A stretch of DNA of 64,000 nucleotides from the human T2T-CHM13v2.0 reference genome, Homo sapiens: the NCBI RefSeq assembly GCF_009914755.1, contig NC_060939.1; one strand, written 5' to 3'. The translations under genes were made by a program, and so were the position numbers. Numbering within the stretch: the stretch's first letter is position 1; each line of letters starts with the position of its first letter. Under the pieces are notes generated by a model that was not told where the DNA came from, did no database searches, and saw only the letters and a list, made by a program, of their open reading frames with translations. Positions 45,794 to 59,600 of the stretch are shown in pieces.

Positions 45794-46940
45794 AAACAAG
45801 GAGTGCCAAGTGGGTAAGCGTGGAGAGTGTTCCCAGATGAGTGCAAAGAAGGCAGTCCAGAAGGGAAGAGCGCTGGACAATGTCAGGAGGTTGAAAACAC
45901 CAGGGAAAGTCCAGGGGGCTGGAGCCCAGGGGTGGAGGAGACATGGAAGGAGGAAATGATAGCACTTATAACACACAGGCAGAGGTGGAGCTGGGTTTGT
46001 GGAAGCACATGGGTTTGCAAGGTGTCTGAAAAGTGAAGTGAGAAAACCTGAGGAGGGATTGGTGATGGGGAAGGGAAAGAAAGAGGAAGGCATCCAGGAT
46101 GACCCCCCGGTTTCTGAGAGCAGGCTGGGGGAGGGCATGGAGGCCATATCCTTGAGTTTGGTTTTGGACATAATGAGTTTAAGGGGTCTTTGAGACCTCC
46201 ATGTAGAAGTCAAGGTAGACTGAAGATATAAATGTGTTGGTCACTAAAGCCACATTCTTGGGGAAACTTCTTTAGGAAAAGAATACAGAACATGAGGAAG
46301 CGGCCTTAGAATCTGTGTAATGTCTGGAGAGAAGAGGATGGGTCTGCAGAAGGCACGGAGTGCCAGTGAGGAAGAGGAGCTTCAGGAGAGTGGAGAGGAG
46401 CAGAGGCTGAGGGCCCAGGCGGGTTTAAGGAGAGAGTGATCAATAGTATTGCTCACTGCTATGAGCACAACTGAGAAAGGCCTCCTACTTTAATGACGTG
46501 GAGGTTACTAATGACCACAGCAGATGATGCCAGACTCGTCTGTGGTGGCTAATTAAAACCACTGTTCTAGCTATTGCAAATGTGTAGACCTAAATAAGAC
46601 ACATCAAACTACAAGAAAAGTTTGATTTATCCTGAAGTGTCTCAACTGGATATCACTGCACTTTGAAAGTATGTTATAGGAAATGCTATAGCAAGATGTC
46701 AGCAATGTAAGATCCACAAGTGTCTTACAAACCAAATAATTAAATTATATTTAGTGTAACTCCAATGTCAGTTAATTTTAATATTATCACATTCTTTTCA
46801 AAATGGCAATTCTTATATAAAACATGGTGCTAACTAATTAGTAAGACTATGCATTTTGTTATTTTCAATTAGTAGGGAACTCACTGTAGTTACACAACAA
46901 GTAAAACTATCTAAAGTGACAATGACCATTTCTCAATTAC

Positions 46941-47029
46941 CTCTGGTCAATCTTCCTCTGCTGCAGCACGTCTTTGATGAGGGCCATTCGCACAAGAGCA
47001 CTGCCGTTAGAGTGGCTCCAGCACCAGAG
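46941..47029 (-). CDS. MTMR10: MTMR10 coding exon 9
   Basis: cccctag|CTCTGG...CCAGAG|gtaat; 89 nt; LWCWSHSNGSALVRMALIKDVLQQRKIDQR. Confidence 0.94.
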
Positions 47030-47111
47030 CTAGGGGAGAGGTAGAATCCTTACTTCACTGTGTAGAAACAATGGACGTCAGCATTCATAAAATCCAACAG
47101 AAATCACTTAC

Positions 47112-47199
47112 TGGCATCCTTCTCCCAACAAAAGAATGGGAAAAGATCTTTAGATCTTGGTCTGCTAAAGAACTTGGCACTACAATGTATTCTGGAAGG
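47112..47199 (-). CDS. MTMR10: MTMR10 coding exon 8
   Basis: cctccag|CCTTCC...ATGCCA|gtaag; 88 nt; LPEYIVVPSSLADQDLKIFSHSFVGRRMP; followed by an 82-nt intron. Confidence 0.94.
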
Positions 47200-48957
47200 C
47201 TGGAGGGGAAAAAAAAAATTATATGAGTGCTGTGCTAAAAGCAGGAATAGTGTGCTCCTGCAGACCCTATAAATAATTAAGCAAGTTGTCCGCATTTAAT
47301 GTGCACCCCACTTAGTAGCCACATGGTGGGCACCATGGGGGGGCAGTGACGATCCTACACCTCTTAGTCTAAAATTGGTGCGATATGACCAATTCTTAAA
47401 AATCTAAATTTATAGCATGAGAAAATTCCAAAGAAGGTATTAGAAATATTTTCCAGAATGACTATTAAACATGTATGTGTTCACTGAAAAATATATCCAC
47501 CTTTGTTCTCTTGACAGGCTATGGTTAAGGACACCAGGCAAACAAAAGAAAACCCCACAAATCTACCAGGAGCTTTAGCTCTCTTCTTAAGTCCCTCTTC
47601 TACCTTTCCCCATGCCTAAAAGGCACAGTCAGACTCTAGGACACTGATCAGACAATAATTACTAGTGGGCAAGCTCACTGCACCTCAAGACATCTTCCTT
47701 CTTTCCCCGACGTGGCTGGGCAGCCCCATCACATGTTTCTCAGCACATATACCAGAGTGTGCTGGCCTTGAAGCTTAAATTCCAGGGGAAGCAAAAGATA
47801 CAAGCTACATGCTGCAAAGCACCTTTCTAGAACTGTACTAGAAGTTCCTGGTACTGGATTAACCAGTAATAACACAGTAGTGCTTTTCTTCCTTTTTCTA
47901 AAAAGCTGCTTATGTGCGTGAACTAATGAGGACTTCAATGACCTTAAAATAAGGCATTCCAAAAAATTCATAATAACTAAATGACATTAAACAAATTAAA
48001 AAAACAAATTCCTAGTCACTTCTAGAAGATCCCCTAGGGAACCAGCTCACTATTTGGAAAAATGTTAAGTAAAGGAGAAAATGTAGATATTTATATTGCT
48101 TTTCTTGTACGAACTGTGTTACAGGGCACTAAAGAGCTGGTGAGAGAAAAGTTCGATAAAAGCAGAAAGATGATAGAATTAGAAGGTGAACAATAGCAAT
48201 CCTTAGTGAAATAACGATCTGAGCAATGATCCTCCCTCCCAGTGCAAAACTATTTTTGGGAGCTCAAACCATGATATAAGAGGGGAACTTTTACTGGGTG
48301 GATCAGGTTGACACCCTCTAAGCCCACTGGTCGTCAGGATTACAATGAGAGAGACACAGCCAGCCAGCCTGAGATGGGATGTGACTCCACAGGAGAACAC
48401 AGAACCACCTAATGAAACATTCTTGCCAAAAGTACTGAACCTGAATCCGATTAAGCCTCTGTTGCTAACATTTTAAAGGAAATATTAGAGACAGAGGAAC
48501 ACATTACGGGACACCCTGGGGATAAAACAAGCAATATCTACAATGTGGAAAATTCTAGGGAACAAATGACCTGGTTTGTCAACAAATAGTAGGTAAAAAA
48601 GAGGTGGGAGGAGACTGTTGTAGATTAAAAGGCCTAAGAGACATATTAAGCAAATTCAATGTGAAGACTTTAGATCCTGATATGAACAAACCAACTGTAA
48701 AACACCAGTTACAAGATATAATGCAATAAACACTGACTACTGATGACAGTAAGGAATTACTATCAACTTCTTTTAAGGGATACCGTAATTTATATTAATA
48801 AGCCTTGATCTTTAAAATAAAATATTTATTAAAACATTATTAAAAACAAATATTCCATTAACCACAACTTGAAAGTCATCAATGACAACAGAGTTTGATG
48901 ATTATTCATAGGGAAGTGACTTCCAGCCATATATAACATTGCTAAAATTGTACTTAC

Positions 48958-49150
48958 CAAGTGGATATCATGTAACCCTCGTTAATAGAACAAACTCTCC
49001 ACCCGGAAGCACCTGTCCTCTTGATTTCTCTGTCCCAATCCGAGTAAGTTTCAAAGAGTGGAGTTTTCTGGCTGCTGCCACCACCAGCTCCATTACCTCC
49101 TCCTCCTCCTCCTCCTCCATCTCCTGAGGGAATTCCATTAATTTTGTTTG
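48958..49150 (-). CDS. MTMR10: MTMR10 coding exon 7 (poly-Gly linker, start of myotubularin domain)
   Basis: cctacag|CAAACA...CACTTG|gtaag; 193 nt; NKINGIPSGDGGGGGGGGNGAGGGSSQKTPLFETYSDWDREIKRTGASGWRVCSINEGYMIST. Confidence 0.95.
49095..49118 (-). repeat. Coding (GGA)7GGT repeat encoding Gly8 in MTMR10
   Basis: plus acc(tcc)7 inside exon 7. Confidence 0.9.
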
Positions 49151-49317
49151 CTGTAGGAAAAAGCAACATTATGAATTTTAACAGTCACATTTTCCCCAGC
49201 ATTCCCTCTTCTCTGAGCCTCCTGTCACATGCATACTCTGATGTGCTGTCTCTAACCTGCTTCACCTTCCAAGTCTCTCCGAGAACTGTCTTGCCCTTTC
49301 CATTTAAAAATAACTCC

Positions 49318-49618
49318 TTTTTTTTTTTTTGACGGAGTCTCGTTCTGTCGCCCAGGCTGGAATGCACTGGCATGATCTCGGCTGACTGCAACCTCCGCCC
49401 CCCGGGTTCAAGCTATTCTCCTGCCTCAGCCTCTTGAGTAGCTGGGATTACAGGCACCTGCCACCATGCACCATGTCCAGCTAATTTTTGTATTTTTAAT
49501 AGAGACAGGGTTTCACCATGTTGGCTAGGCTGCTCTTGAACTCCTGACCTCAGGTGCCCCACCTGCCTTGGCCTCCCAAAGTGCTGGGATTACAGGCATG
49601 AGCCACCACGCCTGGCCT
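49318..49618 (-). mobile_element. Alu (S-type)
   Basis: Antisense dimer; TSD aaaaataactc. Confidence 0.94.
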
Positions 49619-51426
49619 AAAAATAACTCATTTAGTCTTGTCCTTATCCAGCTCTTTCACAACTCCGTAAAACAGCTTTGATTTTTCTCTCCTTCTACTG
49701 GCTCTATCTTCTCTGCCTTCAAACGTAAACAGGTCAGTCAACATGATATTGAAAACACTTTGATCACGCCGGACCACTCTAGCTACTATGCTATACATTT
49801 TTCTTCCTTCCTTTTCCTGACCACCTTCCCCCAGAATGAAGAATGGCTGCTGCCTAGATTTCCTCTCCATTTATTTTCTCTTTAATTTTCAATTGTCTTC
49901 CATCCCTACCATTCTAACAGAAACTATTCCTAACCCTTCCTCATCTCCGTCCCTAATTGTGGGGTAAGTCCATGTCATTTGATTATTTGCTCCACATATT
50001 TTGCCTGGAAAAATGAAACATCCAACAATCATCTCTGTCCTCAAGCCCTTCAAATCTTTAATTTTTCTAATACCAACTTCTCACCTACCTGCTCTTTTCT
50101 ATCTGCTCATTAGAAAATTCTTGGTTTCCTGTATCTACTCGATTTTCCTTTGAAAAGCTCATCAGGTTCCTTGTTCTTTGCTAGAGTGCTGTTTCCACAT
50201 GAAGATTACAGCAGGGCAGGCCTAGACTTGCATTTCCTTAGAAAGGAGCCTGCTCTGAGAGAGAAGTAATGCTATCTTCTGGGAGCATGCTCACAGCCTC
50301 AAGAGTGCCTGCAAAGTGATTATTGAGAAACAAGCTGTCCCACAAAGTCAGCCAGATCTACCTTGGCAATATCTGGTGACAGATGGCACAACCCATTCTG
50401 GCCCAGGGTCTTTCTGCTGCAGGCTGCAACTGTGGCAAGTCTCCCAGCTGGCATCCCCAATGGAATATTCTGCTGCATTTAAACCAGCCAGCAGCTTACC
50501 ACAAGACACACTTCCCTAAAAAGATGTGTTCATGATGCTAGTCCCTTGCCTTAAACTTTCAATAAGCTCATTTTCCAACCAAATCAAACCTAAATGGCTT
50601 CTCTTGGCCTTAGAGATCCCTCACGTAACTTATCTGACCTTCATTTCCCATTCTCCTCTGCAGCCATGCACTACCCTCCAACGTCCCATGAACATGTCAT
50701 GCTCATTCCTACTGATTATTCATTAATTCCTGGTATAAGACAGGTATTTTCTGAGAACTCCCCATGTGCTAATGCCTGAGAGCAAAAAGATGAATAAGAT
50801 TTTATCTCTATCTTGAGAGCATTAATAAGTGTGATAATCACAGAGTACCAGATGTCTGAGTGCAATGAAGATGCAAAAGAGAAGTCCCCTAACTCTCGCT
50901 GCAGAGAGAGGCCGGGGCAGGAAAAGCTTCATGACTTGACCACAACTAAAGAGAGTTCTAAGGAACAAGTCAAAAGTTGCCAGGTAGCTGGTGAGGAGGA
51001 GGTAGGCATGCTAGACAGAGAAGAACTTTAAAAAGATGGTATAACTGTATAATATCAAGTAACTAAATACAGCTAGAGCATAGGGATTCAACAGGTGGTG
51101 GAAGAGAGGCGGGAAATCAAATAGGGCCTAGACTCTAGTATGTTTCCCAAAAACGTAACTTCTAGCCACACAAGCCCATTTAAATTTAAACTGAAATGAA
51201 AATTAAATAAAATTAAAAATTCAGTCCATCAGTTGCACTAGCCACATTTCAAGTACTTAACAGCCACATGTGGCTAGTGGCTCTAGTGGCTGCCCTACTT
51301 CCATCACTGGACGGTGCTGCTCTAGATTACGGAGGGGCTATGTTAGGAATTTGGACTCCTCTTAAGTGGTATCAGAATTATCCAGTGATTCTGATTTTAA
51401 CAAAGCTCATTAAAAAGTAAAATGTT

Positions 51427-51721
51427 GCTGGGCGCGGTGGCTCATGCCTGTAATCCCAACACTTTGGGAGGCCGAGGTGGGCGGATCACAAGGTCAGGAG
51501 ATCGAGACCATCTTGGCTAACACGGTGAAACCCTGTCTCTATTAAAAATACTAAAAAAAAAAAAATAAGCCGGGTGTGGCGGCACGTGCCTGTAGTCCCA
51601 GCTACTTGGGAGGGTGAGGCAGGAGATGGTGTGAACCTGGCAGGCAGAGCTTGCAGTGAGCCGAGATCGTACCAGTGCACTCCAGCCTGAGCGACACAGC
51701 GAGACTCTGTCTCAAAAATAA
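51427..51721 (+). mobile_element. Alu (Sc/Y-like)
   Basis: Alu dimer whose tail runs into a TAGA repeat. Confidence 0.93.
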
Positions 51722-51769
51722 ATAGACAGATAGATAGATAGACAGACAGATAGATAGATAGATAGATAG
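51722..51769 (+). repeat. (TAGA/CAGA)n tetranucleotide STR at an Alu tail
   Basis: atagacagatagatagatagacagacagatagatag... Confidence 0.9.
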
Positions 51770-53229
51770 TAAAATGCTCATTCTAAGCCCACATCCTAGA
51801 GTCCCACTCCATCTCAGGGCCTTCTCTGGAGTAACACAACTAAAAAGCGTGTCTGTGAGAAGGAAGACTTAGGAGTTATGATCTCTCCAGAACACAAAAC
51901 CTGCATATGGAATTTTTGGCAAAGCCCAATCTATACAGTGTTCCAGTGCACCAAAACAAAGAAAGCTATTCAATATTAGAAAATCTAAGTAATTCATCAT
52001 ATGACTACATTAAACACGAAAAAGGCTATATGAATGACTAGCTCTGTAAGTGCAGAAAAACATATGATAGATACCTGTTTATGACTTAAAAAAAAAAACC
52101 CAACAACGTTAGCAAGTTTGGAATAAAAGGGAATTTCCTTAACTGGATAGAGGGTGTTTATCAAAAAGACATAGCTAAGAGCATCTTCATTAAAAGCGGG
52201 AAGTGAAATTATGCCTGCTAATATTACTGCTATTCAACACTGAACCAGCAGTCCTAGCCAAACAATAAAACCACCACCACCAAAAAAGAATTATAAAAAA
52301 CACACTCAAAATTTTAACAGTTATGTAAAACAGTTTGGTGACTGAGTCCAGCAGCACTGAATACTTTTTAGTGTTTTGGGTTGCAGACTTTAATAAGCTA
52401 GGCTAAGAATGTGCTATTGTTTATGAGATTGTTTCTCTGGCCAAATTTTGTTTCAAGATCTAACTTACACAAATTTTTCTAAACATAAAATGAGAACATC
52501 TATATTTTCTAAGCATAAAGTGAGATCCTCTATCGTTTGTTATTTTTGCCATTTCTCTCGTTCAAATCCTGTACTTTTCTAAACAACTGGGACTAGGTCT
52601 TTTATATGTTCTATATCATCTTCAGTTAGAGCTCATTACAGAATGTGTAATGTATACTCAATCTGGTTTTATAGTCCAGAAATTTGAATGCTTTCCAAAG
52701 TTCAAAAGACCTGATACCAGTGGCCTGCTCTATGAGTGGATCGCTATGAGGGGCTGGACCAACACAGTGAAAGGTGGGTCATCTCAGGGAGACCTGGCTC
52801 CGCTGACCGCTACCTGACTGAGGTTTTATGACATGCCTCCACAGCAGACTAAGCGTGAAATAGATATTATATGCTCCTGACCTTGGCTATCTTCTGTGAC
52901 AGTACAAAAGTCTAATCCTATACTGTTGGGGTTATTTTAGATAATTTCCACTGAATTGGCCAATTGATATCTAGAATGGCTTCAAGCAACAGAAAATACA
53001 AGTCATCAATATATGAAAAGAAAGCCCACCACTCTGATGATACTGCAGAAATTAGAAGTCACAAAGGAATAAGGTAAAAAGAGGACTGTGAGTATTAATC
53101 AGTTCAAAAGCATGAGTCAACAAAGTGGTTCTTAACTGGGAGATTCTGACCTGTGCTGGAGCCAACATGGCTGCATTTCTAAAGGTTCCTCCAGTAATCC
53201 TGATGTATACAGCTGGCTGGAACCACCAA

Positions 53230-54720
53230 TATTCAACAATCATTTATAGCTATTCTGAGAATCTTAAGCAACAAAGTTTAAAAATTCCTATACTGTTTCA
53301 AATGGATTGTGTACCTTGTGTTTTTCAAATAGGCATTTTAAGGAAAATCTAATAACAAGATCTATGTTAATAAAAAGGATAAAATTAAATGTCACTGAAA
53401 ATGTACAACTTCTGATGTGAAATTTCATTACAACTTCAGATTACATCACAGCATCTGTAAGCAGGATGTCTGTCATGAAGCAGTTGCTGACACTAGGCTG
53501 CAGATAACTTCATGAAACTTTCAATATTTTTGGTCCAGAAGCATAATCTGACATCTTATCAATTCTATAAGAAAGATGAATCTGTACTTTTTTGACGTTA
53601 TTTGCCCAATAATAATCTGACTGATGAAAACAGAGTCCTCATGGTTTCTTTAAAGTTAAAAGAGAAAAAACAGAATCATTGTTCTTGTTTGTGCTAGTAA
53701 TATCTCCTGGGGTGTTTGTGCAAAGCGATGTTCCAAAGCCTGGGTGCTACACATCTTACTTTACTCCAGGATATTCACAGAAGTGTTGGGATGACTGCAG
53801 GACCTTTCAGAGATGGCTTTTCCTCATGTGATACTGAATATGAATGAAAACCTGAGTGACTAAGGCCAGCTAAAATATCATTTTCTCAGATAACTGCAGG
53901 GGAGCTCCTCCAACTTTGGATCTTATTTGTGGAAACAGCTTTGTCACCTACCTGCCTGCAAAAAGGACTTCTTTAATCCAGCCAATGAATCAAGGTGTCA
54001 TCCAGAAGTTCAAGAGTGGATGAGTGGGCATCTTTCACTCACAAATTAATGAATTCTGACTGCAGTGTGTGGAAATTTCAGGCTCCTTTTGATCTTAAAG
54101 ATGCAGTATTTATGCTTCTGTAACAGCATGGAAGGATATTAAAGGATGTTACCCTACGAGGAATCTTAACAAAACTATGGCCAGTGTTATGTTTATGAGG
54201 TACTTGTCAAAGGAGGAGTCTGAAGGATGTAATATAAAAAAGCATCCCTGAATATTTTCAGTATTAATCATCAAATTTTATCAATAAGCTATATAAGAAG
54301 AAATAGTGGAACTGAATGATGTAGATTTTAAAATTCCAGTAGTAGAAGACCTATGGGTGGATAAACTAAAGTACTGTAAACCAGAGATGCCCACAAGGTA
54401 TGAATGAAGAAAAATGTGGAAAGTAACTGAAGCAGGCATCAGGTTACCAACTGTATAATGAAGTTTACTGTCTTTGCTGAGCCCAAGTCACTACATTACT
54501 GTAGAAGTTATGGATCTGTAAACTGAAATGAATCATTTCTATTGGAAAAACAGCAGCATGAAGAACTGGTCTGTATCATAAACAGTTGAGCAGGAATCAA
54601 AGACTCACTCCTACAACCCTTGCAACTCTGGGTGAGGATCTTATTGAAGATAACCTTGATCACTGTTCTGTAGCTTGACGATGATCCCAAGGAGTGTTTA
54701 CCTAATAGTGCAGGATCTGT
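53230..54720 (+). mobile_element. Decayed pogo/Tigger (TcMar) transposase-coding DNA transposon
   Basis: Translated remnants NLTSYQFYKKDESVLF*RYLP (about 53545-53607; cf. QIYNADETGLFWRCLP), VTYLPAKRTSLIQPMNQGVIQKFKS (53943-54017; cf. TSLIQPMDQGVI) and DLKDAVF..AWKDI; stops and frameshifts; outer bounds approximate. Confidence 0.8.
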
Positions 54721-55996
54721 ATACTTTATTTTTAGACAGTAAGTGAATTTACTTAATATTAATAAACTTCAAAAAATAACTGTATTGCTTAAGCCTCAGT
54801 TACAATTATGTATATATCGATAAGAAAAATTAAGTTACAAATACTTTTGTTATACAATTTCTATAAATATAATACTGTATGATAAAAGCTGCTCTGCAAA
54901 GCATTATTTTCATATATTATCTCTACTGTATTTTCTTTTTTTTTTTTTTTTGGTCCTCTCAGTGCTTAACAGAAAGGTAGTTATCTTTTAAACTAAGGAA
55001 AATTTACTTATACACATGCATCTTCAGATACCGTACACTGATACATTTTAATGTATTTACAATATAGTGTTGCTGGAATATACTTTTATTATGCCAGTTA
55101 TTTAAATTACTACCATGTTTCGTGGTAACAAAATATAAAATTTCAGTACAATTAATAATTTGTATGGCCCAGAGCATGCTGGGTGAATGGATTTTTCATT
55201 ATAAATACACAGCTGATTTATTTTTCTTGCTTAAATAAAAGAACACAGGCTTCGCTCAGTTAACTGACTTGCAGTCACTAACTGACAATGGGGCTAACAG
55301 GAGACACGGCTCTTTGTTTTTCTCTATCAAGATATTTTTAAAAATTGTTTATTAAAATTACATTTGTACGAAACAGAATGTACAGAATTGCATGATCATC
55401 TGGAATCTTCCCTGGTCATGTCATGACTGTCAGATATATAGACAAAACTATTTACTTTCACAAAAGCTGTCTAGAATATACTTGTCCTTGGAAAAATGCT
55501 CATCTTCCTTTCATCAGTATTACTCAGAAATAGAAACTCAGTATTCTGAGAATCTTAATGAAGTCCACAAAAAGTTTTTAATCACTTTAGCTTTTGCATG
55601 AAATCACACCTTGCCAGAAAAGATTATGCTTTTAATATATCTTTTAGTTTTCTGCCAGTTTTCTTAAAAGATAAGATTACTTTAACTCAAGCTATCAATT
55701 AAAAAGGGTGGGTTATATATTCTTCATCATAAAATACAAGCCAGTGACTGGAGATTAAATATCTGACATAACTTATAAGCCCATATTCATAGCATTAAAG
55801 GTTCTTCCTGGTAACTTGTCAAGAAATAATCTGACAAACTATTGGCTCTTTTAGCATGTAGTGCTTACTTCTCTAAGGTATGAAGCTAGTAATTCTACAA
55901 TCATTAAAGCTCATGTACTTGGAGGCTTCCGGTAAACATAAGAGTAAAATTTACACATGTAAAATTAGTCACAATATTTAATATTTTCATATTTAC

Positions 55997-56087
55997 CTGA
56001 ATTGTGGTATTTTTTCCCAACATATTCAAATGCAAAGAGTAGCTGGAGGTCTGTTGGCTGGGAATAATGAGCTATTGCAAGGCATAC
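55997..56087 (-). CDS. MTMR10: MTMR10 coding exon 6
   Basis: ttcctag|GTATGC...ATTCAG|gtaaa; 91 nt; VCLAIAHYSQPTDLQLLFAFEYVGKKYHNS. Confidence 0.94.
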
Positions 56088-56610
56088 CTAGGAAAAATTC
56101 TACATTTAGAATTTGATTTTAACACACTTAGTTAAATGAAATGTACAATAAGGCCTTGGGCACTGGGAGCATCATCTTGGGGCAGTGATTATAGATACTA
56201 TTTACATGTTTTTCTGTTGACCTAGAATATAAAAGAGCTCCTTAAGGCCAGGTATCTCATTCACTTTCATGCCCTCAAGACATTGTTTATCTTTAGCTAG
56301 CACATGGCAAGTATTCAGTAAATATTTGCTGAGTTAAATTTTAATTGGAAAGTAATTTTAGTCCAATAAAGAAAGCTTCAAACTAAAGAAGCATTCTCCA
56401 AAAAGGCAGTGACTACATGTCCACTCCAAAAAAGGAAGAAAAAAGTTTCATTTTTGGTGGACTATAAAGGATTAATATAAGGCATGAAACTTTAAAGTTT
56501 ACGCCTCATGGATTTAAACATCTAAATAGAGAAACATAATTACAAAAAATTAAAATTAGCAAGAAACTCCAAAAATGCATGGGTGGCTCAAAGAGGTACA
56601 TCAAAAAAAC

Positions 56611-56611
<1 letters not shown>

Positions 56612-56656
<45 letters not shown>
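56612..56656 (+). repeat. (CA)~22 microsatellite
   Basis: Perfect AC run in MTMR10 intron 5. Confidence 0.95.
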
Positions 56657-56660
<4 letters not shown>

Positions 56661-59600
56661 GTGTTTAAGTAAAATGGTTTGGGACTGTGTGCCCTGTGGT
56701 GGAAAACGTGCGGGCTTTAGAATCAAACAGATCAGGGGGCTTGAATCCTAGCTCTGTCAAGTACTTGCTACATAACATGTGTGAAGTCATTTCCTCTTTT
56801 CTAGCCTCAGTTTGCTCACTTGTAAAACAAAAGTAATACCTAGGCTGTGGTAAGAATTAACAAGCTTAATGCAGGCTAGGCCTTTGGAGGAGCTCCATAT
56901 ATAGAAATATGGCTGTTATTATTCTCAACTGCTGCTAGATAGAATGAAGGATGGTGCTCTAGGCTTACAAACCCTGGTAGTCACTAGAATGTGGGAGAAA
57001 ATGCTCTTCAGTGAGCAAAGACGAAAGAAGAAATTTAAGACATATGCAAGGAAAACATAGCAGAAAAACTTATTTAAAAGATTAAATTTTATTTAGAAGG
57101 TAAAGCGTTAAGTTAAGGCAGAATGATATACTTTTGACAGTGAGTAAGAAAAGTTAATTGTTAGTTCATGTCAAATTAGTGGTGTTTGGAGTGGGTTGAT
57201 GCACATTTCATTAACCAGTAAGCATGTGTCAACTTGTTTAAACTACATTTTAAAAGTCTTCTATAGAATAAATGTTTCCTGTCTCACTAAGTTAAAATAT
57301 ACAAACAAGGGGACAGAATTTGTCATTAGTTTTGACCAAAAAGAAAAAAAAAACTGCTTCTTGAAACTTACGTGGTATCTCGATTTCTCAATACCTATAG
57401 GAGAGCTTTCTATGACGGTCCCACTTGCAAAATTTAGGAGCCGGTTATCTATATTCCCATTCCTAATCTTTTTAACAGTTTTCCTTAAAGCATTTCTAGC
57501 AGCAAAACTACTGAAATCTGTAGCTTGAAAAAGTTCTCATCCTTCCTATTTGTTTGGGCACCGTTGATAAGCTATGTTGCACTTTTCTCTAGACATTTTT
57601 CATAGTTGTCCATTTTGCTACACTGCCATAGCCACATCCTTAGGCCATACTCACCTTATGGCACCTCTGAGAGCTTCCTTACATTCTAGAAATCTACAAA
57701 ACTTAAGGATTACCTTCTAACGATGTAATTCTGACTAACAATTTTGCTCTCCTGATAATCTGCTGTGGTTCCCAGACATCTGCATAACAAATTAAATCTC
57801 CTCATTCTTGATTCTTCACAAAACTGGCTCTCCTCACCAGGTAACTATACCTTCCCAATATTCCCTCCGCAATCTCAGGTCAGAGAAAAACAGGTTTGAA
57901 CACATTCTGCCTGACTTAGCCCCAGCCATCTCCACTGTCACACTCTTTGCTTGGAAAATCCTACTCCTCTTAGCCAACTATGCTTTCTTGGAAACTGTCA
58001 TGTCTGTTCAACACTACTCTCTTCACAAGCCTTCCTAGAGGGAGCCAATTTCAGAGTACTAATTCCAGAAACCCAGAACAACAGTTTCAATATAAAGCGT
58101 CTCTTTAGTTAAGTGCTTATTTTGCTTTACTTCCAAGGTATTCACATAATAGTTATGATGTGGATGAAAAGTAGGATATAGGTGGTTCTGTTACACTTCT
58201 ACCATGAAGGTCAATTCCTTAAGGATAAATGACACATTTCACATTGATTTAACAAATATTTACTGAGTACCTACAATGTTGTAAGCCCTAGAGATGCAGT
58301 GAACAAAACAGACACTAATCCCTGTCCTCATGAAGCTTACATTCTAGTGGGAAGACAGACACTAAACAAGATAAAGAGAAAAAATACAGAAAGTTAGATA
58401 ACTATGAATGCTAAAAGAGAAAAATAATAGAGCAGGGAAGGGGAATATGAAGTGTTACAGTGAGAAGAGGGAGACAGGCTAAAAAGTAGAGAAGGAGACC
58501 AAGAAAGACCTCTCTGCACAGACTTGAGTAAAGATCTGAAGATGTCTGCACTTTGCAGCACCACTTCAGTAGCTTTCTGACGGTGCTCTGTGTCCAACAG
58601 TGGCTACACTAATATTCACTGACAAAAGTAGTTACCAACATATTAAGGAAAATGCTCCAAGCCAATAATAATAATACTAATGTCTATCACATTCTCCAAA
58701 ACAATTAGAAAGCAGTTACATGCTCTTTCTGTTTACAGAAAAGAAATTCACAGATCATTGATCATGGACATCCTTTTTTTGTGGCCATGAGGCAAAAAAG
58801 AAATAAAGCCTATTTTCAAGGCAAAACCCAACACAGCGTATTTTTTAAAAGCCCCTTAAAAATAGCACAATATCACATCAGGTTAGGAAACAAATGAGTA
58901 TGTCCAAAAGCATCTACGCTGAAAGAAGTCTATAAAAATATTGTAAAACTGCAAGTCAGTTGAATTACTCGTTGATTTTTTTGGGGTGGCAGAACTCGAA
59001 CTAAATACATTGTTTTTCAGTAGTGAATTTCAAGTGTATAACTTATGTTCATATGACCTAAGTAAGAGGCCTCTTTGGACACACAGACTAAGGCACATAC
59101 AAACTTGTGTACCTGGATTGTCTTCATGTTGTTACTGTGGAACACTCCGAGAAGAGAAAGCCAGGGCCCCATTCTTTGCACTTTTACATACACACTATTT
59201 TAAAAACCTAAGTCCAAATTCCTACCTTTCATCCTAAGAGTTTTTGAAAGATCTGAAATACTTCATTTGTCCTGGCTACCACAGGAAATGAAGAAAATGT
59301 TGGTATTAAAGACATTAAATTATGGCAAATATTTTATTGGAGAAAAAGAAGTAAACTACTTTTAAATCAATTTTTGGACCAAAGCTGATAATCTTCTCTG
59401 GACAGAAGCCAGAAGTACCCACAGTGGATGGTTTCTTTCCTAAGATCACCTGGGGTGCAGTACTGAAGAAACTCAAATCCAGGAAACACTCAAACCTCAT
59501 TAAGTTCTATCTCATTTGCAAACAAAAGTGGTTTATTTCTGTGGCCTGAAAGCCACCAAAAAACAGTACCAGATTCAAGTCAAAAATGACAGTTCATGAA

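Noticed and set aside
57196-57528. 110-aa plus-strand ORF
   Set aside because: No homology recognised; intronic and antisense to MTMR10; non-ATG start.
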